Source: Synechococcus sp. A15-24
Lineage (GTDB): Bacteria > Cyanobacteriota > Cyanobacteriia > PCC-6307 > Cyanobiaceae
Direction of reading: 5' to 3'
NCBI RefSeq assembly: GCF_014280195.1
Contig: NZ_CP047960.1
Coordinates: 1,080,001-1,112,000 of the forward strand
DNA length: 32,000 nt
In this document: one piece after another, positions 19,261 to 27,386 of the stretch
Position numbering within the stretch: position 1 is the first letter of the stretch
Layout: each line of letters opens with the position of its first letter
Translations under genes and position numbers: made by a program
The notes under the pieces: model-generated
What the model saw: only the letters and a program-made list of their open reading frames with translations
What the model was told of the DNA's origin: nothing
Databases searched by the model: none

Positions 19261-19455
19261 TCACTTGATCTCCTTGTGGGGAGTCATCTTGTTGCAGTGG
19301 GGACAGAACTTCTTGATCTCCAGCCGTTCGGTGGTGTTCCGGCGGTTCTTCTCGGTCGTGTAGCGGGACACGCCGGGTGAACGCTTGGCGGGATTGGACC
19401 GGCATTCCGTGCACTCGAGAGTGATCACGATCCGGACGCCCTTGTTCTTGGCCAT
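19261..19455 (-). CDS. rpmG: 50S ribosomal protein L33
   Basis: From ATG 19455: [22 protein letters not shown]...[16 protein letters not shown]. This is the zinc-ribbon CxxC...CxxC form of L33. Confidence 0.95.
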   Translation of the reverse strand: MAKNKGVRIVITLECTECRSNPAKRSPGVSRYTTEKNRRNTTERLEIKKFCPHCNKMTPHKEIK

Positions 19456-19569
19456 AAAGGACGTTGCGCCGCAGTGCGAAGCGATTGACAAACAAGGAGC
19501 TTACCTGTCGACGAAGCTGGGAAGAATGATCTGCACTTCCTAGGATCACGCGCCGTCCACGCTGGCTTC

Positions 19570-22014
19570 ATGCGGGTCTCCCTCTCTTGGCTCAAGCAAC
19601 TGGTTCAGGTGACGGACTCGGTCGACGCGTTGGCCCATCGTCTGTCGATGGCGGGATTCGAGGAGGAAGAGATTGAGGATCTCAGCGCCCGGGCCAAGGG
19701 CGTCGTCGTGGGTTTCGTCAAAGAACGGGAGAAACATCCCAACGCCGACAAGCTCAGCGTCTGTCAGGTGGATGTCGGTTCCGAGGAACCGATTCAGATC
19801 GTCTGCGGCGCCAAGAATGTACGGGCGGGTCTGCATGTGCCGGTGGCCATGGTGGGCGCGGAGTTGCCGGCTGTGAATCTCACGATCAAAGCGGGGGAAC
19901 TCCGGGGGGTGAGCAGCAACGGGATGATCTGCTCCCTGTCTGAACTGGGGCTGGCGACGGAGTCCGATGGCATTGCTGAACTCAATGCACTGACCGACAA
20001 GCTTCCGGCCCTTGGTGCGCCGGTTGCTCCGATACTCGGCCTCGATGACACGGTTCTCGAGCTGGCGATCACCGCCAACCGTCCGGATGGTCTGTCGATG
20101 GTCGGGATCGCCCGGGAGGTTGCCGCCCTGACGGGTGCTGCGCTCACGCTTCCGGACCTGACCCTCAAGCCTGCCCATGAACTCCTGCAGGCATCTGACG
20201 CCAGTGCTGAAGCCATGCAGGCCGGTGGTCTTTACGGCATCACGCTGATCGAAGGCGTAGACGGCACCCGGGTCTCTCCGACCTGGGTGCAACAGCGTTT
20301 GGAACGGGCTGGGATTAATCGTGTGAATGCCGTTGTGGACATCACCAACGTGGTGATGCTCGAGCAGGGACAACCCCTGCACGCCTTTGATGCCGATGCC
20401 CTCGAACAACTCACCGGCAAGCCGGTGAATGCTGCCAGTTTCGGCTTGCGACAGGCCCGCGAGGGTGAAGCCTTTATCGGCCTGGATGACCGGGAGTTGA
20501 GCCTCGATGTCCGTGCCCAGGTGGTGACCTGTCACGACCTGCCGGTCGCTCTGGCCGGTGTCATGGGGAGCAAGGCCAGTGGTGTGACAGCCGCAACGGC
20601 GCGGATCTGGTTGGAGTCGGCCATGTTCAGCCCTGCTGCTGTCCGCACGACGGCCCGTTCCGTTGGACTGCGCACGGATGCCAGTGCTCGATTTGAGAAG
20701 GGTTTGCCGAGGGAGATGACCCTGGCCTGTTCAATCCGTGCTCTGGAGCTGCTGAAGGAGCTGTTTCCCTGTGAAGCCAAGGGCCTCTGGGTCTGTGGTG
20801 ACAGCGCCGCTGACGCCAGTTCCGTGTTGTTGCGTCGGGATGCCCTGCATCAGTTGCTCGGACCCCTTGAGGATGAGGAGGGCAGTTCCGACCTGGCTGA
20901 TGCTGTGATCGAGCAATGCCTGACGGCCCTCGGTTGTGAACTCAGCACCAGCGATGAGGGATGGCATGTCATTGCTCCCCCCTCGCGACGTCTCGACCTG
21001 GCCCGGGAGATCGATCTGATTGAGGAGGTCGCACGCCTCGTGGGATTTGATCGCTTCGGCGCCCATCTGCCGGATCCCTTGGCCCCAGGAGCGCTGACGC
21101 CTGCACAGCAAGCGGAACGTCGGCTCCGAACGCTCCTCTGCGGTGCCGGTTTGCAGGAGATCACAACACTGTCGTTGGTGGGTGCCAGCGATAGCGATCC
21201 ACGCATCGCCATCAGCAATCCTCTGCTGGCCGAAACCAGTCATCTGCGGACAAACCTCTGGGAAGAGCACCTTGCGGTTTGTGTCCGCAACCTGAAGGCC
21301 TCCCAGCCCGGATGCTGGATTTTTGAACTGGGCACCACCTACGCCGGAAGCGCTGATTCGGTGGAGGAGTCGCGGCTTCTTTCCGGAGTGATCTGCGGTG
21401 AGCAACGCCTGGAGCGTTGGACCACCAGCGGCAAAACGGCACCTCCCGATTACTACGCCGCTCGTGGACGACTGACGGAGGTGATGCAGGCCTTGAAGCT
21501 CGATGTGGCCGATCGACGTCTCACTGACGACTTCCGTCTCCATCCCGGTCGGGCGGCCACCCTTGTGTTGGAGGGGCGTCCCCTCGGCTGCTTCGGCCAA
21601 TTGCACCCGGAATTGGCGGCATCCAGTGATCTCCCGGACGCTACCTTTCTTTTCGAACTGGATCTGACCCGTTTGGTGGAGTCGGCCACCCGTCGGAACC
21701 GCTGGGTTCCAGCCTTCAAGGCCTTTCCAACCGTTCCGGCCAGTGAACGTGATCTGGCGGTGGTGGTGGATCGTTCGTTGGTCGCTTCAGACCTGATGCA
21801 GTCGATCCGGAAGGCGGGTAAGCCGTTGCTGGAATCCGTCACGTTGATCGACCGGTTCGAGGGAGACCAACTGGGCGAGAACAAGGCCAGCCAGGCCTTC
21901 CGCCTTCGTTACCGGCACCAGTCGGAGACCCTGACCGATGACCAGGTGCAACCGGTCCATGACAAGGTCCGCAATGCCCTCGTCAAACAGCACGGTGCCG
22001 AGCTCAGGAGCTGA
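19570..22014 (+). CDS. pheT: Phenylalanyl-tRNA synthetase beta subunit
   Basis: 814 aa. N-terminal MRVSLSWLK... and tRNA-binding domain (HPNADKLSVCQVDVG), B3/4 and B5 regions, and a C-terminal anticodon-binding-like domain. Confidence 0.95.
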   Translation: MRVSLSWLKQLVQVTDSVDALAHRLSMAGFEEEEIEDLSARAKGVVVGFVKEREKHPNADKLSVCQVDVGSEEPIQIVCGAKNVRAGLHVPVAMVGAELPAVNLTIKAGELRGVSSNGMICSLSELGLATESDGIAELNALTDKLPALGAPVAPILGLDDTVLELAITANRPDGLSMVGIAREVAALTGAALTLPDLTLKPAHELLQASDASAEAMQAGGLYGITLIEGVDGTRVSPTWVQQRLERAGINRVNAVVDITNVVMLEQGQPLHAFDADALEQLTGKPVNAASFGLRQAREGEAFIGLDDRELSLDVRAQVVTCHDLPVALAGVMGSKASGVTAATARIWLESAMFSPAAVRTTARSVGLRTDASARFEKGLPREMTLACSIRALELLKELFPCEAKGLWVCGDSAADASSVLLRRDALHQLLGPLEDEEGSSDLADAVIEQCLTALGCELSTSDEGWHVIAPPSRRLDLAREIDLIEEVARLVGFDRFGAHLPDPLAPGALTPAQQAERRLRTLLCGAGLQEITTLSLVGASDSDPRIAISNPLLAETSHLRTNLWEEHLAVCVRNLKASQPGCWIFELGTTYAGSADSVEESRLLSGVICGEQRLERWTTSGKTAPPDYYAARGRLTEVMQALKLDVADRRLTDDFRLHPGRAATLVLEGRPLGCFGQLHPELAASSDLPDATFLFELDLTRLVESATRRNRWVPAFKAFPTVPASERDLAVVVDRSLVASDLMQSIRKAGKPLLESVTLIDRFEGDQLGENKASQAFRLRYRHQSETLTDDQVQPVHDKVRNALVKQHGAELRS

Positions 22015-23401
22015 CTTGGCGTAGAAACGCCAGATTCTCCAGGTGGGTGGTCTGAGGAAAGAAATCCACCGGCTGGAGCTGCTCCAACCGGTAAGGGCCC
22101 TCCGGTTGGAGCAACCGTTTCAGATCCCTTGCCTGGGTTGCCATGTCGCAACTGAGGTAGGCCAACAGGCCTGGTGGCTCACTCAGGATTGCCTCAATCA
22201 CGCTGCTCACAAGACCTCGCCGTGGTGGATCGACCACCAGTGCTGAACATCTCGCCAGCGTTTCCTTGAGCAGATTGGCCACATCACCGGCCTGGAACTC
22301 GGTCCGCGCCCCCAGACCGTTGGCATCGGCATTTCTGCGAGCTTGATCGATGGAGTCGGGGTTGATCTCAAGGCCCACAACGTGATGACCCTGTGCTGCT
22401 AGAGGCAAGCTGATGGTGCCGATGCCGCAGTAGGCGTCGACGATTGGGCCTGCGAGCTCCGCCTGGCTCAGCCAGCTCACGATGCACGCCACGATGCGTT
22501 CCGCCTGGGGCGTGTTGATCTGAAAAAAGGTGGTGGTGCTGAGCTGAAGCTGCAGTCCACAGAACAGTTCTCGAATCGTGGGGGCACCCGCCAGAACAGT
22601 GCTTGTTGCTCCCAGGATCTGGTTGGTCCGGCGGGGCTGAAGATTCAGGGTGACTCCCTTGACCGGGTCCCAGCGCTCAATCCATTGCTGGGCCAGCCGT
22701 TGCAAGGCCGGCAGATTCTCACTGCTCACCACAGTGATCAAGACCTCGCCGGTGTGGTGTCCGATCCGTAGACCCAGATGTCGAAGTCCCTGGGACTGGC
22801 TGAGATCGTGATCGGCGCTGAGGCCACTGGTATCCAGATCCTGCTTGAGTGGTTCGACCAGAGCATCCAGGCGTGGATCCAGCACTGGACAGCGGGAGAG
22901 ATTGACGATGCGATGGCTGCCGCGGCGGAAATAGCCCATGCGCAGGCGGCCGTCCTCGCCACGACGCAGGGGGATCAGCCCGCGGTTTCGGTAGCCGAGG
23001 CCACGCTGATCCGTGAGGGCAGGAGCTTGGGGATGGTCGATGCCCCCGAGCCGCAGCATTGTCTGGTGGAGCTGATCCTGCTTCCAATTCCGCTGGGCTG
23101 ACTCCTCAAGGTGCTGCAGAGTGCAGCCACCGCAATCCTGAGCAAGGATGCAAGGAGGCCGTCGGCGTGACGACGAGCTGTCCAGTCTTTCACTGATGCG
23201 ACTCAGCCATCGCGACTTCTGCCGCTGTTGAAGCTGCACCTTGGCCCGTTCGCCCGGCAGGAGACCCGGCACCACCACCACCCACCCTTGCCAACGGGCC
23301 AGACCGTGGCCATCCCGATCCAGATCGATGGCCTGCAATTCCAGGCGAAGCCCTGGCCTTGGCCCGCTCGAATCAGCCTCGGTGCCGTTGGTCTCAGGCA
23401 T
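22004..23401 (-). CDS. rlmD: 23S rRNA (uracil-C5)-methyltransferase, RlmD/RumA family
   Basis: N-terminal TRAM-like domain, Fe-S Cys cluster (CILAQDCGGCTLQHL), SAM-binding motif DAYCGIGTISL and a C-terminal catalytic region (YLSCDMATQARD). Confidence 0.8.
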   Translation of the reverse strand: MPETNGTEADSSGPRPGLRLELQAIDLDRDGHGLARWQGWVVVVPGLLPGERAKVQLQQRQKSRWLSRISERLDSSSSRRRPPCILAQDCGGCTLQHLEESAQRNWKQDQLHQTMLRLGGIDHPQAPALTDQRGLGYRNRGLIPLRRGEDGRLRMGYFRRGSHRIVNLSRCPVLDPRLDALVEPLKQDLDTSGLSADHDLSQSQGLRHLGLRIGHHTGEVLITVVSSENLPALQRLAQQWIERWDPVKGVTLNLQPRRTNQILGATSTVLAGAPTIRELFCGLQLQLSTTTFFQINTPQAERIVACIVSWLSQAELAGPIVDAYCGIGTISLPLAAQGHHVVGLEINPDSIDQARRNADANGLGARTEFQAGDVANLLKETLARCSALVVDPPRRGLVSSVIEAILSEPPGLLAYLSCDMATQARDLKRLLQPEGPYRLEQLQPVDFFPQTTHLENLAFLRQVSS

Positions 23402-23482
23402 TGCAATGGCGTAACACCAGGGTCGTCACAAGACGGTCGACCCACTTGAGACCACTAAACTCCACGAAGCCTGTTCAGTTCC

Positions 23483-23977
23483 ATGAGTGTTGTCCGGGAT
23501 CTCATCCTTCAGGCCGATGAGGATCTGCGGTACCCGACCAGTGGTGAACTGCAAAGCATGGTCGCCTTCCTTGAGCAGGGCGCTATGCGGGTGTCCGTCG
23601 TCAAGGCGCTGACGGACAACGAGAAGAAGATCGTTGATGAATCCGCCAAGCAGCTGTTCGGCCGCAAGCCCGAGTACGTCGCCCCAGGAGGCAATGCTTA
23701 CGGCCAGAAACAACGCGCTCAGTGCCTGCGTGATTACAGCTGGTACCTGCGTTTGGTCACCTACGGCGTTCTGGCTGGCAGCACCGAAATGATCCAGGAC
23801 ATCGGCCTGGTCGGCGCTCGCGAGATGTACAACAGCCTGGGCGTGCCGATGCCCGGCATGGTGGAAGCGATGAAGACGATGAAGGATGCCTCCCTGGCCC
23901 TGCTGTCTGATGCACAGGTGAAGCTGGCAGCTCCATATTTCGACTATTTGATCCAGGGGATGCAGACGTCCACCTGA
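23483..23977 (+). CDS. apcD: Allophycocyanin alpha-B subunit (phycobilisome core terminal emitter)
   Basis: 164 aa. ILQADEDLRYPTSGEL, chromophore Cys context QRAQCLRDYSWYLRLVTYGVLAG and PYFDYLIQGM match ApcD better than ApcA. Confidence 0.85.
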   Translation: MSVVRDLILQADEDLRYPTSGELQSMVAFLEQGAMRVSVVKALTDNEKKIVDESAKQLFGRKPEYVAPGGNAYGQKQRAQCLRDYSWYLRLVTYGVLAGSTEMIQDIGLVGAREMYNSLGVPMPGMVEAMKTMKDASLALLSDAQVKLAAPYFDYLIQGMQTST

Positions 23978-24005
23978 TTTGTTTTCCAGTCTCACTCAAG
24001 ACCTG

Positions 24006-24038
24006 CTCCTGGTCGCGTAGTGCGTCCAGGAGTTTTTT
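24006..24038 (+). terminator. Rho-independent terminator of apcD
   Basis: CTCCTGG-T-CGC / GCG-T-CCAGGAG stem (10 bp with one T-T mismatch), loop GTAGT, followed immediately by TTTTTT (24033-24038). It lies 29 nt after the apcD stop. Confidence 0.75.
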
Positions 24039-24364
24039 GACGAGATTCATTCACCCTCAATAGGCTTGCCCGAGTCTTGATATAAGACTCTTTACGCGTC
24101 TCATGCGCGACGACTGCGCGTCATCGTTTGCGGGCACGAGAACCGTTGCCGTATTAACTTGCGCACCTGTGTCTACAGCAGGTACGCAGCCTTAAAGATG
24201 CTATTTCTAATCGGGGTCTTGCCCTTGTCCTGATGCCTTGGACAGGACCAGGACATCAAGGCTTGTCAGCTGTCTTTTGTAATGAATGAATTCGTGCAGC
24301 GATCAATGCCTGCGATTAGAAAAAGATGTCTTTTCTGTCGCTAGAACTCATCAAAAAATCATTG

Positions 24365-24393
24365 TTGACGCCTACTCAATTTTTGCATATTAG
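24365..24393 (+). promoter_or_regulatory. Sigma70-like promoter candidate (TTGACG - 17 nt - TATTAG) inside the low-GC spacer
   Basis: Hexamers and 17-nt spacing read directly. No downstream ORF. A transcript would run antisense into the 3' end of the J-domain gene. Function is purely predicted. Confidence 0.25.
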
Positions 24394-24569
24394 AATTAGG
24401 ATGAGTCCGTCCCTGTGTCGAGTCTGAGACAAAAGAGACCGATAAAGTTCGGCTATCCAAGGCAATAGCGATTCGCCGCTCCAGCACAATGGCGATAAAC
24501 AATCGCTTGAGTCCCGAATTAGACGCGATATGAGTCTCGCAGTGGGTGCCATTTGAGATCATCAAAACC

Positions 24570-25553
24570 TCATTGTCTGTACAGCTCGCGCAACAGCCGA
24601 TAGGCCTCATTCAGTCGGCGCATGCTGTCGGTGGATCCGCCGGAATCAGGGTGAGCGGCTCGGGCCTGGTTCTTGTAGGCCTCGCGGATCGACGTAATTG
24701 TGACGGAGGCCCCGGCTTGTGTGGATAAACCGAGCAACTTCAATGCTCCGTGCACGGTCATCGTGGATTCGAGCGTCTCGAATGACGTGACCTGACGGCT
24801 GCGGCGAAAACGATTTACAAAGCGCCTAACAAGTGTTGGCATCCGTTCAGAGAGGCCCGCCGTTGCAAAAGGGTCTTCCAGGGCGCCTGCCACCACCATG
24901 ACCCGTCCGAGGGAAGGAGGTTCTGCTTTCCATTCAGGACAGAGTTCTTCCATTGCTGCATTGGCAGCGGTCCAGGTGAAGGAACGGCCCTCACTCGCAT
25001 CCAGATTGCTCCAGAGATCCCTGGCCAACCAGAGCATCGCTGCTTCCACAACGGTTTGTCCGGGTGCCTGTCCATAAAGCGATGACCAATGGTCGTCAGC
25101 AGCCTGAGCAGCGGCCTGTAGATCCTCGAGCGCAACAGACGAGAGCAACGGTGCGTCGTTGGACGATGGAGATCGTTTCGGGGTCTGGAGAGTGTCTCTG
25201 AGCTGACTGGTGCGACGGCTGACAAAGCCAGGGAGATCGATACCACCAGCTGTGCTGGAAACAGGAGCAGGTGCTGCCTGCTGTTGATGGCGCTCCGTCG
25301 GGGATTCAATCAACACGAGGCTGGTGACCTCCGTGCTGACGTTGGCGTCAACGGCAGCCGTTGTAACTGATCTGTGGTCAGGGGATTTCGACTCGTCCTC
25401 CTCCACATCCCCCAGGATTCCTTCGAGGAGAATTTCGAGAACCTGGCCCCTGGACCGTACGCCGTACTCTCGCTTCAGCTGGTCGATCAAAGAGACCTGG
25501 CGGCTCGGAAGCTTGAGCGAGATGGTTTTCGACGTGGATTCCTCGTCGGTCAA
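24570..25553 (-). CDS. Protein with RHH-like (CopG/Arc-like) N-terminus and C-terminal J-domain
   Basis: The C-terminal about 60 aa, LKLLGLS....IREAYKNQARAAHPDSGGSTDSMRRLNEAYRLLRELY, carries the HPD tripeptide of J-domains. The N-terminus, ISLKLPSRQVSLIDQLKREYGVRSRGQVLEILLEGIL, has a strand-helix-helix pattern. Confidence 0.7.
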   Translation of the reverse strand: MTDEESTSKTISLKLPSRQVSLIDQLKREYGVRSRGQVLEILLEGILGDVEEDESKSPDHRSVTTAAVDANVSTEVTSLVLIESPTERHQQQAAPAPVSSTAGGIDLPGFVSRRTSQLRDTLQTPKRSPSSNDAPLLSSVALEDLQAAAQAADDHWSSLYGQAPGQTVVEAAMLWLARDLWSNLDASEGRSFTWTAANAAMEELCPEWKAEPPSLGRVMVVAGALEDPFATAGLSERMPTLVRRFVNRFRRSRQVTSFETLESTMTVHGALKLLGLSTQAGASVTITSIREAYKNQARAAHPDSGGSTDSMRRLNEAYRLLRELYRQ

Positions 25554-25577
25554 GCGATCAGTCTTGCTGCCGGAAGG

Positions 25578-27170
25578 TTATCGACCCTGAAGCTGGCGAA
25601 GCCAATGCTGCTGGCTGCGTATGGCGTCGGTGTAGCGAGGTGATGGAACCGGAACGATGGCTGGTAGCGGTGGGGGTGGACTCGGTGGCTTTGGTTTCGC
25701 TATCGCTGGAGTTTTGGCAGGTTCCGCAGCTGGTGTTGCGATCTTGACCGAAGTCTTCGCCGGCTTGACCACAGGCTCGTTTGCCGAAGGTGGTGCTTGC
25801 TTGGGAACCACGTTGCGTTGTTTCATCTGGGCGGCCAATTGGTCCAGGGCTTCCTTCTGCTGCTTCTGCCGTTGATGCAGCATCGCCAGCTGTTGGACAG
25901 GGACAACACTCAGTAGGTGACCTGGCGTTGCATCGGCGGGGTAGACCAGGCTGACTTTGACCGGGTTGTTTCGTCCTGGTGTCAAGCGAAGGTCTGTCAA
26001 GGCCAGGCTTTCGCCAGCGCGAAGCCCCACGTGGACCTCCTCGACCACATCGCCGTGTTGAATTCTGATCGAGCCTCGAAACGCTGTGAAGGGCTTTTTC
26101 CCCGAGACAACCGGATGGCTCATCACCAATTGATGGGCTCCTTGGCCTTTTAGATTCAAGGTGACGTCGTAACGGACTCCGTAGGTTCCGACGTTGTTCA
26201 AGGCTGAATCGACCATCCGGCTGGTCAATGGATTTACCTGAATATCACGGGTCCCGAAATTGTGGCGGGACGTACTGGTCAGAGGAACGTGAAGAGGCCC
26301 CTGGTTGAGATTGTGATCCGTGCTGGCGGTGTAGCGATCCCCTATGGCAACACCGGCGACGCGTGAAAACACCTCGCCTGTTTGGATCTCCTGTAAACGA
26401 TCGAGATAGACGCGGCCGGGGGCGAGTCGCCCTCGGCGAAGAACCGCTGCCAGCGCTTGATCATTGCGGCTTTCTTCGGCTGCGACCACAGCAAGTTGGA
26501 AAGGTCCATCGCTGCGACCTTGCAGCAGGCCATTGGCGATACCCCGTGCCGGCAGATCTGTACTGACCACGACGCGGCTTGAGAGAGCGGGAATCGTGAT
26601 GGATGACTTCAGTTTGCGATCCAGTTCTTCGCGCAGCATTTGAACGGCCGTTGCGTCGCCCGGGCCTGTGTTCCAAGGCCGCTTGCCGAGGGGTTTGACT
26701 CCCATCAGGTTGTTTGGGAGGTACGGGGCCTCAAAACTGTTTTTGACCGAACCCGTCGAGAACGTGAGCGTGACCGGTCGATCTCCTGGATTGATCGCAA
26801 TCAGTCCAAGGGTCAGAAGGCCGCGCGTCTTGCGACCCCCCAGCTTTTTGGTGTCGGATGGGTAGTACTTGTGGTGCATGTGCACCCCGAATTTTCCGTT
26901 GAAGGTGTACTCGGCATTTTTCAGAGGGCGCCTGGTTTCGGCCGCAATGGCTGATCCGGGAGCTGTATTCACCAGAATTCCTGGACCTGTGACGATCTCT
27001 GGCTGATTGGAATGCAGAACAGGAACGCTGTTGAAGGAGCCATTGAGGGGCCTGGCTCGCTGACCTGCCATGAGAGCGACGTAAGCAGACGCCGGCTGTG
27101 CGACGACGAGCCAGCTTTTCGCAGCTGCGACGCAGGCCAGGACTTGAAGTGGGACGCGTCCGAGCCTCAT
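25578..27170 (-). CDS. Secreted cyanobacterial protein of unknown function (DUF3370-like) with Pro/Ala/Lys-rich C-terminal tail
   Basis: 530 aa. Signal-like N-terminus (VLACVAAAKSWLVVAQPASA), conserved-looking FNSVPVLHSNQPE, and a tail with AKPKPPSPPPPLPAIVPVPSP. The DUF3370 assignment is from memory. Confidence 0.6.
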   Translation of the reverse strand: MRLGRVPLQVLACVAAAKSWLVVAQPASAYVALMAGQRARPLNGSFNSVPVLHSNQPEIVTGPGILVNTAPGSAIAAETRRPLKNAEYTFNGKFGVHMHHKYYPSDTKKLGGRKTRGLLTLGLIAINPGDRPVTLTFSTGSVKNSFEAPYLPNNLMGVKPLGKRPWNTGPGDATAVQMLREELDRKLKSSITIPALSSRVVVSTDLPARGIANGLLQGRSDGPFQLAVVAAEESRNDQALAAVLRRGRLAPGRVYLDRLQEIQTGEVFSRVAGVAIGDRYTASTDHNLNQGPLHVPLTSTSRHNFGTRDIQVNPLTSRMVDSALNNVGTYGVRYDVTLNLKGQGAHQLVMSHPVVSGKKPFTAFRGSIRIQHGDVVEEVHVGLRAGESLALTDLRLTPGRNNPVKVSLVYPADATPGHLLSVVPVQQLAMLHQRQKQQKEALDQLAAQMKQRNVVPKQAPPSANEPVVKPAKTSVKIATPAAEPAKTPAIAKPKPPSPPPPLPAIVPVPSPRYTDAIRSQQHWLRQLQGR

Positions 27171-27178
27171 GAGACGGT

Positions 27179-27201
27179 CTTCAGTCGGGTTCCGGCTGAA
27201 G
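27179..27201 (-). promoter_or_regulatory. 10-bp stem / 3-nt loop hairpin in the 5' leader, 8 nt upstream of the DUF3370-like start codon
   Basis: CTTCAGTCGG-GTT-CCGGCTGAAG read directly (9 Watson-Crick pairs plus one G-U in RNA). Function unknown. Confidence 0.35.
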
Positions 27202-27386
27202 TTCTGCTGTTCAAAGGTGCCTCACGGTAAGTCGTGGATCCCTGCAAGCCAAGCCAGCAGCGACTCACGGGACCATGGTGGATCCGCCAAAATTGGATCT
27301 CTAGCTTTAAGTCAATGCTTCCCCCGTTCTGCTGCAATGGAAGCTCCGATCTCCAGCAGCGGAGACGGCAGCATCAGGAGCGCAAG

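Noticed and set aside
19546-20535. 329-aa minus-strand ORF, and similar long ORFs (2157-3023 -, 4643-5248 -, 13451-14047 +, 15271-16059 -, 17472-18344 +, 20731-21606 -, 16108-16644 -)
   Set aside because: All lie antisense to or out of frame with genes that carry unmistakable family motifs. Their compositions are Arg/Gly/Pro/His-rich, typical of shadow ORFs in high-GC DNA.
24103-24195. 30-aa Cys/Ser/Thr-rich ORF (MRDDCASSFAGTRTVAVLTCAPVSTAGTQP), considered as a possible lanthipeptide/RiPP precursor
   Set aside because: There is no leader peptide of the Nif11/NHLP type, no GG/GA cleavage motif, no SD and no modification enzyme gene nearby. The composition alone is insufficient.
24359-24610. 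83-aa minus-strand ORF in the low-GC spacer
   Set aside because: Its first 41 nt overlap the J-domain gene's 3' end in another frame. The sequence has no SD and no recognisable motif, and its odd composition looks like a chance ORF in AT-rich DNA. It could still be tested by ribosome profiling.
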